From: Eledone cirrhosa
Taxonomy: Eukaryota
NCBI GenBank assembly: GCA_964016885.1
Contig: OZ024740.1
Coordinates: 293,570,001-293,634,000, forward strand
Direction: 5' to 3'
DNA: 64,000 bases
In this document: positions 38,601 through 51,439 of the stretch, piece by piece
How positions within the stretch are numbered: the stretch's first letter is position 1
Layout of the letters: every line of letters begins with the position of its first letter
Notes under the pieces: model-generated
Databases searched by the model: none
Seen by the model: only the letters and a program-made list of their open reading frames with translations
What the model was told of the DNA's origin: nothing
Position numbers and translations under genes: made by a program

Positions 38601-41600
38601 TTTTTTTTTGTGCTTACCACCCAATTTGACATAAAAGGTGCTCGCAAATTACTATTTTATGCACATATTATCAATGGTTATGACATGAAACCTGATGAAA
38701 ATGACTAGCTTTGTAGAAAAAAGAGGGAGGATGTGGGTGGAAATACCATTTACAAAGCTAGCCATTTTTTATTGCAGTGGAAGTCATATTTTTGGTTAAT
38801 ATGCTAAAAGCATAGTCCACTGCGAGATTCTTGGAAGTTGATAGCACATACAAGAATGAAGGAAATATTTTTTTTCTAACAAATCAAAGTGGAAATTTAA
38901 ATCCACATTTATAACAAAGCACACCACAGCACATTAATCTACCCCCAATCCACACCATAACCATACTTCACTATATGGTAAATTTATTACAGAACACCTA
39001 CTCCTACCATTTACATCACACCATGGTGTGGAGATCAATGTGACAAATTTGCTACCTGTTTTTTATTTTTTTTGTGGTTACCACCTCAAACTAACATCAA
39101 AGGTGCTTGCAAATGACTAATTTCCCACACATTATCAATGAATATGACATGGGAATCTATCGTTTACAATTGGTTTCCATTTCATAACTTCAGCAAGCCA
39201 AACCAAATCACACCATACCAAGTTACACCATACTACATCGCACCAAGCTATTGATCTTGGAGTGAAACATTTTCTTCCCGTTTCCTTTTTTCTTTTGTGT
39301 GTGTGATTACCACCCAATCTGACATTAAAGGTGCTCCTAATTGACTCTTTTTTTTCCACTTATCAATAATTATGACATGGAAACCTGTCCAAAATGACTA
39401 TCTTTGTAGAAATTTCACCAAACCACACCATACTACATCACACCAAGATATTGATTTTGGTGTGACAAATTTTCATCAGTCATTTTTTTTTTTTTTTTTT
39501 TTCGTGTTACCACCCAATTTGACATAAAAGGTGCTCGCAAATTACTATTTATGCACATATTATCAATGGTTATGACATGGAAACCTGATGAAAATGACTA
39601 GCTTTGTAGAAAAAAAAGGGAGGATGTGGGTGGAAATACCATTTACAAAGCTAGCCATTTTTTATTGCAGCGGAAGTAATATTTTTTGTTAATATGCTAA
39701 AAGCATAGTCCACTGCGAGCTTCTTGGAAGTTGATAGCACATGCAAAATTGAAGGAAAAATTTTTTTCTAACATAAATCAAAGTGGAAATTTAAATCCTC
39801 ACTTATAACAAAGCACACCACAGCACATTAATCTATCTCAATCCACACCATATACTTCAACATAACCATACTTCACTATATGGTAAATTTATTACAGAAC
39901 ACCTACTCCTACCATTTACATCACACCATGGTATGGACATCTATGTGACAAATTTGCTACATGCTTTTTTTTTTTGTTGTTACAACCTCAAACTAACATC
40001 AAAGGTGCTTGCAAATGACTATTTTCCCACACATTATCAATGAATATGACATGGGAATCTATCATTTACAATTGGTTTCCATTTCATAACTTCACCAAAC
40101 CAAACCACACCATACCAAGTTTCACCATACTACATCACACCAAGCTACTGATCTTGGTGTGAAACATTTTCTTCTTGTTTCCTTTTTTTTGTGTGTGTGT
40201 GCTTACCACCCAATCTGACATTAAAGGTGCTCCCAATTGACTATTTTATTTCCACTTATCAATAATTATGACATGGAAACCTGTTGAAAATGACTATCTT
40301 TGTAGAAACTTCACCAAACCACACCATACTACATCATGCCAAGCTATTGATTTTGGTGTGACAAATTTTCATATGGCATAAATTTTTTTTTTTTCTGCTT
40401 ACCACCCAATTTCACAAGAAAGGTGCTCGCAAATTACTATTTAAGCACGTATTATCAATGGTTATGACATGGAAACCTGATGAAAATGACTAGCTTTGTA
40501 GAAAAAAGAGGGAGGATGTGGATGGAAATACCATTTACAAAGCTAGCCATTTTTTGTTGCTGCGGAAGTCAAATTTTTTGTTAATATGCTAAAAGCATAG
40601 TCCACTGCGAGCTTCTTGGAAGTTGATAACACATGCAAAAATGAAAGAAAAAATTTTTTTATAACATAAATCAAAGTGGAAATTTAAATCCTCACTTATA
40701 ACAAAGCACACCACAGCACATTAATCTAACCCAATCCACACCATAAATTCACCATAACCATACTTCACTATATGGTAAATTTATTACAGAACACCTACTC
40801 CTACCATTTACATCACACCATTATATGGACATCAATGTGATTAATTTGCTACCTGCTTTTTTTTTCTGGTTAACACCTCAAACTAACATCAAAGGTGCTT
40901 GCAAATGATTATTTTCCCACACATTATCAATGAATATGACAAGGGAATCTATCGTTTACAATTGGTTTCCATTTCATAACTTCACCAAACCAAACCAAAC
41001 CACACCATACCAAGTTACACCATACTACATCGCACCAAGCTATTGAACTTGGTGTGAAAAATTTTCTTCCTGTTTCCTTTTTTTTGTGTGTGTGTGCTTA
41101 CCACCCAATCTGACATTAAAGGTGCTCCCAATTGACTATTTTATTTCCACTTATCAATAATTATGACATGGAAACCTGTTGAAAATGATTATCTTTGTAG
41201 AAACTTCACCAAACCACACCATACTACATCACACAAAGATATTGATTTTGGTGTGACAAATTTTCATGTCATTTTTTTTTTTTTTTGTGCTTACCACCCA
41301 ATTTGACATAAAAGGTGCTCGCAAATTACTATTTTATGCACATATTATCAATGGTTATGACATGGAAACCTGTTGAAAATGACTAGCTTTGTAGAAAAAA
41401 GAGGGAGGATGTGGGTGGAAATACCATTTACAAAGCTAGCCATTTTTTATTGCAGCGGAAGTAATATTTTTTGTTAATATGCTAAAAGCATAGTCCACTG
41501 CGAGCTTCTTGGAAGTTGATAGCACATGCAAGAATGAAGGAAACATTTTTTTTCTAACATAAATCAAAGTGGAAATTTAAATCCTCACTTATAACAAAGC

Positions 41601-43660
41601 ACACCACAGCACATTAATCTACCCCAATCCACACCATAACCATACTTCACTATATGGTAAATTTATTACAGAACACCTACTCCTACCATTTACATCACAC
41701 CATGGTATGGACATCAATGTGATAAATTTGCTACCAGCTTTTTTTTTTGTGGTTACCACCTCAAACTAACATCAAAGGTGCTTGCAAATGACTATTTTCC
41801 CACAAGGGAATCTATCGTTTACAATTGGTTTCCATTTCATAACTTCACCAAACCAAACTAAACCACACCATACCAAGTTACACCATACTACATCGCACCA
41901 AGCTATTGAACTTGGTGTGAAAAATTTTCTTCCTGTTTCCTTTTTTTTGTGTGTGTGTGCTTACCACCCAATCTGACATTAAAGGTGCTCCCAATTGACT
42001 ATTTTATTTCCACTTATCAATAATTATGACATGGAAACCTGTTGAAAATGATTATCTTTGTAGAAACTTCACCAAACCACACCATACTACATCACACAAA
42101 GATATTGATTTTGGTGTGACAAATTTTCATCTGGCATATTTTTTTTTTTTTTGTGCTTACCACCCAATTTGACATAAAAGGTGCTCGCAAATTACTATTT
42201 TATGCACATATTATCAATGGTTATGACATGAAACCTGATGAAAATGACTAGCTTTGTAGAAAAAAGAGGGAGGATGTGGGTGGAAATACCATTTACAAAG
42301 CTAGCCATTTTTTATTGCAGTGGAAGTCATATTTTTGGTTAATATGCTAAAAGCATAGTCCACTGCGAGATTCTTGGAAGTTGATAGCACATACAAGAAT
42401 GAAGGAAATATTTTTTTTCTAACAAATCAAAGTGGAAATTTAAATCCACATTTATAACAAAGCACACCACAGCACATTAATCTACCCCCAATCCACACCA
42501 TAACCATACTTCACTATATGGTAAATTTATTACAGAACACCTACTCCTACCATTTACATCACACCATGGTGTGGAGATCAATGTGACAAATTTGCTACCT
42601 GTTTTTTATTTTTTTTGTGGTTACCACCTCAAACTAACATCAAAGGTGCTTGCAAATGACTATTTTCCCACACATTATCAATGAATATGACATGGGAATC
42701 TATCGTTTACAATTGGTTTCCATTTCATAACTTCAGCAAGCCAAACCAAATCACACCATACTACATCGCACCAAGCTATTGATCTTGGAGTGAAACATTT
42801 TCTTCCCGTTTCCTTTTTTCTTTTGTGTGTGTGATTACCACCCAATCTGACATTAAAGGTGCTCCTAATTGACTCTTTTTTTTCCACTTATCAATAATTA
42901 TGACATGGAAACCTGTCCAAAATGACTATCTTTGTAGAAATTTCACCAAACCACACCATACTACATCACACCAAGATATTGATTTTGGTGTGACAAATTT
43001 TCATCAGTCATTTTTTTTTTTTTTTTTTTTCGTGTTACCACCCAATTTGACATAAAAGGTGCTCGCAAATTACTATTTATGCACATATTATCAATGGTTA
43101 TGACATGGAAACCTGATGAAAATGACTAGCTTTGTAGAAAAAAAAGGGAGGATGTGGGTGGAAATACCATTTACAAAGCTAGCCATTTTTTATTGCAGCG
43201 GAAGTAATATTTTTTGTTAATATGCTAAAAGCATAGTCCACTGCGAGCTTCTTGGAAGTTGATAGCACATGCAAAATTGAAGGAAAAATTTTTTTCTAAC
43301 ATAAATCAAAGTGGAAATTTAAATCTTCACTTATAACAAAGCACATCACAGCACATTAATCTACCCCAATCCACACCATATACTTCACCATAACCATACT
43401 TCACCATATGGTAAATTTATTACAGAACACCTACTCCTACCATTTACATCACACCAATGCTCGCAGTTGACTATATTTTTCACATATTATGAATGAATAT
43501 AACTTTGAAACCTATCGTCAATGATTAGCTTTGTAGAAAAATGAAGGCAGAAAGTGGGTGGAAAAATCATTCACAAAGCTAGTCATTTTTAATTGCAGTA
43601 GAAATCATATTTGTTGTTAATATGCTAAAAAAATTAGTCAATTGCAAGCATTTTGGAGGT
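35680..43660. repeat. Complex satellite, ~893-bp unit built from ~190-250-bp subrepeats
   Basis: Marker gcatagtccactgcgag at 37022, 37915, 38810, 39703, 40595, 41488, 42353, 43231; diverged edge units at 35.7-36.9 kb and 43.45-43.66 kb. Confidence 0.95.
36100..36433 (+). mobile_element. tRNA-derived SINE family B with RTE-type tail
   Basis: A/B-box-like head (tggcttagtgg..gagttcaatt), central ccttgagcaagacact, tail shared with RTE family B, (GAT)n, TSD ATGGTAA. Confidence 0.9.
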
Positions 43661-43814
43661 CGGATTATTTGATAGGACATAAAAAAACAAAGGAAAACAG
43701 ATATTGTGTAAATGTTCCTGTGGAAAGTCGGGTCTTCTATATTACTGTGTGACGCCAGAGGTCATGGTCGTGTGTCATTGCCCTTGAGAGGTGCAATGGG
43801 AAAGGTCTGCTTAG

Positions 43815-44762
43815 AAATATTTACTTCTGCGTTCACAGATTGATTTTTTTTTAGTTTCAGAAGATCCTATTAAGGGTGAAAGCAGCCGATTCTTTGCTTA
43901 AACTTTAATCTGTTATTTTAATAAATATTTGCTCTACGGTTCTTATATATTTGATATATATTTATCCTTATCAAGCCCTCTTTGAATGTTAGTCTTCAAA
44001 TTTATTATTATTACTATTTGGCTCCCTTGATTGAGTACTCTATTGACTTATATTGATCATGCAGAAACAACATCTGAATATTTCTACAAAGAACATACCT
44101 GTACCAAGCAGGAAGAAATACCTAAAACTACGTCTCCACGAACCAAGGTATCCCCTTCCTGTCTTCCTTCGGTTGCAACATTTTTCGAAATATTTACTTC
44201 TGCGTTCACAGATTGATTTTTTTTTTTAGTTTCAGAAGATCCCATTAAGGGTGAAAGCAGCCGATTCTTTGCTTAAACTTTAATCTTTTATTTTAATAAA
44301 TATTTGCTCTACGGTTTTTATATATTTGATATATATTTATCCTTATCGAGCCCTCTTTGGATGTTAGTCTTCAAATTTATTATTATTACTATTTGGCTCC
44401 CTTGACTGAGTACTCTAATGACTTATATTCATCATACAGAAACATCTGAATATTTCTACAAAGAACATACCCGTACCAAGCAGGAAGAAATACATAAAAC
44501 TATGTCTCCACGAACCAAAGTATCGTCTTTCTGTCTTCCTTCGGTTGCAACGTTTTTCGAAAATTTACTTCTGCGTTCACAGATTGATTTTTTTTTTAGT
44601 TTCAGAAGATCCCATTAAGGGTGAAAGCAGCCGATTCTTTGCTTAAACTTTAATCTGTTATTTTAATAAATATTTGCTCTATGGTTCTTATATAATTGAT
44701 ATATATTTATCCCTATCGAGCCCTCTTTGGATTTTAGTCTTCATATGTATTATTATTACTAT
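43815..44762. repeat. ~372-bp tandem repeat, 2.5 copies
   Basis: gaaa(t)atttacttctgcgttcacagattga at ~43815, ~44188, ~44559. Confidence 0.92.
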
Positions 44763-44827
44763 ATATATATGTGTGTGTGTGTATATATTAGTTTATATAT
44801 ATGTGTGTGTGTATATATTAGTTTATA

Positions 44828-44861
<34 letters not shown>

Positions 44862-44867
44862 CATATT

Positions 44868-45185
44868 GAGAGCATTGGCCTTGCAATCGAAAGGTTGTGA
44901 GTTCAATTCTCACACCGGGTGATGTGTTGTTTCCTTGAGCAAGACACTTTATTTCACATTGTTCCAGTTTACTCAGCTGTAGAAATGAGATGAGAGGGAC
45001 TTGGGTCCCTATCATTCCACTGCAAAATGGTCGTGGAGGTGCCACGGCAAAAAAAGCACCCAGCACTCACTGTAAATGAGGTTGGTGTTAGGAAAGGCAT
45101 CCAGCTGTAGAAATCAAGCCAGAATCAGTTCCCGTCCCACCCTTGCAAGCAGGGAAAAAGTGGACGTAAAATGAAATGATAATGA
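44868..45185 (+). mobile_element. SINE family B (5'-truncated)
   Basis: Closely matches 36124-36430. Confidence 0.88.
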
Positions 45186-45187
45186 AT

Positions 45188-45520
45188 GTTCCCAGCTGTG
45201 GTCACCCCATAGTATCAAACTAACGATGGAGCTTGAAGCAATCCAATGAAGCTACACCAAGAAGGTTGCCACGATGAAGGAGATAAACTACTGGGAGAGT
45301 CTAAAAGAACTGAAACTCTACTCCTCGGTATGAAGATGGGAGAGATATGCAATGATATACATATGGAAAATCCTGGGGGGACTAAGACCAAACTTTCGCA
45401 TTGAGAGCTGGACCAATTCTCGAACAGGACGTCACTGTGTGGTACCAAAGGTCCCGTCTTTCACATGTAGAATCAGGAGCAGCTATTGCAATAGCCTGGG
45501 GTTCAAAGGCCCTCAACTTG
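45188..45520 (+). mobile_element. CR1-group LINE 3' ORF2 fragment
   Basis: SQLWSPHSIK..LEAIQ.SYTKK..NYWE.LKELKLYS..RWERYAMIYIWKIL..NSLGFKGPQL; homologous to 48300-48930. Confidence 0.8.
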
Positions 45521-45591
45521 GTTTTCAAAATTAAAATTTGTGTTTCCTATTCATCAATGCTTCAAGCAAGCTATAAAATTCTGTTATATTT

Positions 45592-45970
45592 CATCATCAT
45601 TTTATGTCAGTTCTTCTACGCTAGCATGGGTTGTCCTGTTGTGGGCAGTGTTCGGTCGGCTGACCTTGTCTTGCTCATACGGGAACTGATTCTGTCTTGA
45701 TTTCTACAGCTGGATGCCCTTCCTAACACCAACCTCATTTACAGTGAGTGGTGGGTGTTTCTTTTTTTTGCCGTGGCACCTCCACGACCACTTTGCAGTG
45801 GAATGATAGGGACCCCAGTCCTATCATCTCATTTCTACAGCTGTGTAAACTGGAGCAATGTGAAATAAAGTGTCTTGCTCAAGGAAACAACACATCACTT
45901 GGTCGAGAATTAAACTCACAACCTTTCAATTGCAAGCCCAATGCTCTAACCACTGAGCCATGTGCCTTCT
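45592..45970 (-). mobile_element. SINE family B
   Basis: Reverse complement of the 36100 element with a longer RTE-like tail ending in (GAT)n. Confidence 0.85.
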
Positions 45971-45984
45971 ATTGTTGGCAATGT

Positions 45985-46750
45985 TAGGTCAGGTGACCAT
46001 GTCTTGCTCATAAAGAACTGATTTTTGCTTGGTTTCTACAGCTGGATGCCCTTCCTAATGCCAAGCTCATTTACAATGAGTACTGGGTGTTTTTTGTTGT
46101 GATTCCTCCACGACTACTTTACAGTGTGGACTGGGTGTTTTTTACCGTGTCACCATCACATCCACTTTACAGTGTTTCGGATTGTTCTCATGAAAGATAT
46201 ATTGGCGGGTGGGATGGAGTGGTGCATACTGTATGTATGTTTCAGCCTTGGCCTGGGCCTGTGGGAAGTTGGGGTTTCTGTATTACTTCATAACGCCAGA
46301 GATCTTGGTCCTGTGTCATTGCCTTTCAGAGGTGCAATTGAGCAAGGTCCGCTTTTATCACTTCATCTCAAGTCTTTCTGGGACTTTATGTAGCTGTCAT
46401 CCTTCATACGAATTACATGTCCATACCAACATAATCTCCTCTCCTGCACACAACATTTGATTCCTCTTATGCCTAGTTTCTCTTTCAGTTTGTTTATGCT
46501 TTGCTGTTCGCGTATATTACTATTACACATCCATCGGAGCATACAAGCTTCATTCCTTTCTAATCTACACAAGTCTTCTACACACAGCGCCCAGCTCTCA
46601 CTACCATGCAACATTGCCGTTCATATGTACACATCATACAGTCTACCTTTTATTCTGAGGGAAAAGCCTTTTGTATCCAGCTGTGGCAGTAGCTCCCTCA
46701 ACTTCTTCCATCCCGTTCTTTCAGAACCCCCCCATCCGCTGCTAATTTGG
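45985..46750 (-). mobile_element. RTE family B LINE 3' fragment
   Basis: MLHGSESWALCVEDLCRLERNEACMLRWMCN..RRLCWYGHVIRM; paralog of 22321-23362; a further small piece at ~43715-43812. Confidence 0.88.
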
Positions 46751-47004
46751 TATTGTTTTTACCAAGTCCTCCCAGACTTTGATGTCACTTGTTTTCAGAG
46801 ATAGTTTGCTGCTTACTGTCCTGGTGCAACTGCTACATATAAAGCCTACATTCTTAACTAAACTTCCTGAGATCCCACTACATCTCTTGTGTACCCATAG
46901 TTTGCATATGGGCAGAGGATGGAGTTTCTACCTACACCTCTCCTACATAATGAGCACACACACACACACATATATATACACACACTCACATATATATATA
47001 TATA

Positions 47005-47905
47005 CTAGCCGAATTACCAGTGCCTTACTGCGTTTCACACATTTTTTTTGTAAGAAAATGATGATTGATTTTAAATCAGTGATATAATTTATGGAGAAAA
47101 ACTCAATATTATAATGCATGAAAAATTGGAAAACATCATTTTTTGTAATATATTAAATCAAAATTTCATTATTAAATCTTATTCTTATTTTGTTTCTTGT
47201 AAATAATTTTTTTCAAAATATCAATTAAAAACTTTTGTGAATAGGCATCATATCTTGTCAGTCATTTACCTATGGTTTAAGTTTCATATAAATCGAAAGG
47301 GAAAAGTTTTCAGCGGGGGTTTATACCCCCGGGGAACCCTAATAGGGGGTTTAACCACCATTAAGGTGTCTTATAGTATTGAAATTTTGTGAATAGGCAT
47401 CATATCTCTTCATTTATCTATGGTTTAAATTGTATATAAATCGAACCGAAAACATTTTCAGCAGGGATTTTGTGCCCCCTGGTGAACCCTAATAGGGGGT
47501 TTAATCCCCATTAGGGTATTGTAATTTTATTGAAATTTGCTGAAATGATGTGAATAGGCATCATATCTTGTCGTTTACCTATGGTTTAAATTGCATATAA
47601 ATCGAAGGGAAAACATTTTCAGCATGGGGTTTGTGCCACCGATGAACCCTAATAGGGGGTTTAACCCCCCTTAGGGTATTTTAATTTTATTGAAATTTTG
47701 TGAATAGGCATCATATCTTGTCATTTACCTATGGTTTAAATTTCATATAAATCGAAGGTAAATTTTCAGCGGCGGTTTTGTGCCCCCCGATGAACCCTTT
47801 GATTAAAATGAAATATACTTATACAAGTACCCTGAGCAATGGCCAATCTTTTCCCTATAGGGCGTTTAACCCCCATTAGGGTGTCTTAATATTATTGAAA
47901 TTTGC
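47005..47905 (-). mobile_element. Non-autonomous Helitron-like fragment with ~150-bp internal tandem repeats
   Basis: Minus-strand 3' end CAGT-aaggc-ACTG hairpin shortly before CTAG|T; repeats tgtgaataggcatcatatct at ~47237, 47388, 47549, 47699. Confidence 0.6.
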
Positions 47906-47917
47906 ATACACACACAT

Positions 47918-47949
<32 letters not shown>

Positions 47950-47984
47950 CACAAACACACACACACATATATATATATACACAA

Positions 47985-48021
<37 letters not shown>

Positions 48022-48299
48022 CACAAACACACACACACATATTTATATCTTTTAGCAGAGCATTTTAATATTGCCACTCAATGAAAACCCTGTTTGTTTG
48101 GAATAAATGAATCTTGAAAATTAGGAGTGCCTGTCAGTGTGTATGTGTTTGTCTACTTAGCATCGATTTACTACCCTCCCCATACCACCATATTACATTG
48201 ACAGTCGGCTTTTCTGATGATTTCCTCCAAATGAAACAGTTCTAGTCCTGTTGAAGCCATTTCTATATTAAATATATATATATACTCTTTTAGCTGTTC

Positions 48300-48930
48300 C
48301 AGCCATCCGGCTGAGCCCATGATTGGGTACTGCTCTTGTTGCTACACATTCTATCTCCAGCCTGTGTTGGCTGGCCATTGATGTAAGAGGGAGTTCGTTG
48401 CTGCTGCCCTTAGGTTACCTTCGTACCGTGATGTGGGCTCATCCAGGATCCTGGATAACAGGGTGTCGAGAAGTTTCTTGAAAATATCCACGGCCACACC
48501 ATGTAGATCTCTCAAATCCCTCGGCAGTTTGTTGAAGAGTTGAGGGCCTTTTAACCCCAGTCTATTGCAATATCTGCTTCTTGTTCTAGATGTGTAAGAC
48601 GGGACCTTTGTCACCACACAGTGACGTCCTGTTCAGGGGTTGGTCCCGCTCTCAATACCAAAGTTTGGCGCTAGTCACTCCAGGATTTTGCATATGTATA
48701 TCCCTGCGTATCTCTCCCGTCTTCGTTCCAAGGAGTAGAGTTTCAGTTCTTTTAGCCTCTCCCAGTAGCTCATCTACTTCATCGTGCAATCCTCTTGGTG
48801 TAGCTTCGTTGGATTGTCTCAAGTTCCGTGGTTAGTTTGATACTATGGGGTGACCACAGCTGGGAGCAATAGTCCAGGCGGCTTAGGAAAAATGGCCTTC
48901 ATAGTATCAACATGGTCTCCCGGTCTCTTA
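48300..48930 (-). mobile_element. CR1-group LINE 3' end
   Basis: SRLDYCSQLWSPH..KGPQLFNKLPRDLRDLHGVAVDIFKKLLDTLLSRILDEPT..RAAATNSLLHQ. Confidence 0.85.
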
Positions 48931-49090
48931 TATAGAAAACCTCAATAAAAAGTCAAGATTTGTTTCGATTTAACAGAGCAGAAATAATTCGAGTCAGAAT
49001 ATTCCAACCAACCCAGCCTATATCAGCTGAATAAATATGTATATGGAGATATATATATACACACCCACATGCACATATATATATATATTA

Positions 49091-50259
49091 CAGGGGAAAA
49101 TGCGGGCGCATGTAAAGAAATATTCTTAAATTAATAAACCTGGACAAGTTATTACACCTGGAAAAGTAAAGGACAAGAAAACTTCTTCTTAAAACTTCTT
49201 AAAATATTGCAGCTATAGTATAAATTTGAATAATAAAAAATATTTGATTTAAATATACATAGAAAGTGATAAATTCTAATACAGTTGACTCTCTAATTGA
49301 TAATAATACTAATTTATGATCATTTATTTAATTTTGTGATCCTAATTTACACCATAGTGGTTGGGTCATTAAATAAATATACTTTATTTTACTTTACTAA
49401 ATGGGACTGAAAAAATGAGTGACAATTATAAACATCAAATAAAACAAAATTTTGGCATGTAAATGACACTAACAATTAATTAATAATTAATTAGGGAGCC
49501 AACTGTAATGATAAATAATAACAAATTATAATTGTTTAATAATGAAATTTAAGACCTGTCAGAGATCAAAATAACCAATCTACATTTTTAGGTAGAGTAA
49601 AATTAGACTACAATTAAAAATTAAACATTGTCTAATTCAACAGTTCATCTAATGAATTGATGAATTCATTATAATTGATTGATTCACTATAAATGAATAA
49701 TTGATGAATTGACTTTTACCTAATTTTGCCCCTTGAGATGTTGAATTTTACTATATTATAAAAAAGATCTGTAATACTCATAAAAAGTGCAATTATATGA
49801 TGCACTGTTTTTGATTTATTTTACTGCATTATTTTATAACTAAATTTTTAAAAATATAATTTGATTAAGAGTGAACATTTTTAAATATCTTATAACATAA
49901 ATTAATAAATTGTACATATTAATTATTATTATTATTATTAATTAATTATTGTACAAATTTTATTTTAAAAAGATTAATTTGTATACACTAAGAAAAAAAT
50001 TAAGTATACAGTAGTCAACTCTCCCTATAAGACAGTCATTTTTCCAGTCCTTTAAAGTGATATTTTTTTAACAATTAACTTATAATTATTTATTTTTAGT
50101 TCTATAATCTAAATTTTTTTTTTCAAATTTAGACTTTAGCTGCAATATTTTAAGAAGTTTTCTTGTCCTTTACTTTTCCAGGTGTAATAACTTGTCCTTT
50201 ACTTTTCTAGGTTTATTAATTTAAGAATATTTCTTTACATGCGCCCGCCTTTTTCCCTG
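49091..50259. mobile_element. Tc1/mariner-type non-autonomous element (MITE)
   Basis: TA|CAGGGGAAAATGCGGGCGCATG...CATGCGCCCGCCTTTTTCCCTG|TA; inverted arms ~125 bp; AT-rich non-coding interior. Confidence 0.85.
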
Positions 50260-50374
50260 TAATCCACTTTTTTTTCCAGGCAATGCAAGGATATTATATT
50301 AATATTAAAAATATTTATCAACAAATAAGTTAAATAAATAATAATGAATAGGAAGAAGTGCAGATAGGAAAAGT

Positions 50375-50437
50375 AATCTGGGTGGGAATTGAACCCACGA
50401 CCTTCGGATTGCCGGTCCGCTGCTGAGCTACCTGACC
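50375..50437 (-). pseudogene. tRNA-like pseudogene / SINE head
   Basis: GGTCAGGTAGCTCAG..CGGA-7nt-TCCG..GTGGGTTCAATTCCCAC; D-arm partly deleted, acceptor stem imperfect. Confidence 0.55.
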
Positions 50438-51439
50438 ACAATTCACTATTGCACAATCTATCACTATTTTAATGTATTAGAAATTAGAAACAACCTAAGC
50501 GTTACTTATGTATGTAGTTCCTTACACTCTTTTGGTCCTCACTTATTTTTATGTAACTTTTTTTCTACTGAACCAAATTTCAATATTTTTATGTCAAAAA
50601 GTAGCTTATCTGTGGTCCTATAAAGTGCAATAAACCGCATCCAATTCTATCAAAAATTGAATTAGTGACAAAGCTTTGAAGGTGTCGCGAGTGACCGAAA
50701 TGGGACCTTAAGAATATTATACACCTACTACCGTAGGTGTATGATATACACACACACACGCACACACTCAAACACACACACACACATACATACACGCATG
50801 CATGCATACATGATGGCTGCCCCCTCGTTATCGAGTATGGCCATTGCACGATATACCATTATTAATAATTATTAATTAATTCTATTGTGCAATGCCTGTG
50901 CATGAAGATATTTTTTTAAATGAGGAAAGACTGTGCACTGAGCCAATCCCACTCTCTGAGCGACAGTAGCTATAACCCGAAAAGAAGAAAATATCAACAT
51001 CATCGGTAACTACTGAGCCGCAGGTTTTATATCGGAGTTATCCCAGTTTCCTGAGTTGCCTTCTCCTAGAAGAATGCCCTGACAAAGGCTAGGGGTCCTT
51101 CACTCCCAGTGGTTTAACCGCGCGATCGGGTGTCCAGCCCAATTATTTCTATGTCCCCGCGCATGTACATACACATGCACCCATGTATATACACATATAC
51201 ATATACATACATATGTACATGCGCATATACATATTTACACACTTTTGGATAGCCGTTGACGCTTATGACATCTTCCGCCCTTTATCAGGTTTTGTTTTTT
51301 GTCCTGCAGGGTGTCCAAAATCACCCTCCTCACCAAGTAAACTTGGTGGGGTTGCCGGTTTAGTCGCCGACGACCCGACCATGCGACAGGTTGTACTGGG
51401 TTACATGTTACCAATAGCAGTCAAGAGTGACCCAACATA

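Noticed and set aside
48205-48260. Hammerhead-like CTGATGA..GAAA motif (similar weak ones at ~24895, ~25085 and ~62310)
   Set aside because: Stems I/II are out of register or missing; at best decayed relics.
50375-50437. Functional tRNA gene
   Set aside because: D-arm deletion and mismatched acceptor stem; kept only as a pseudogene/SINE head.
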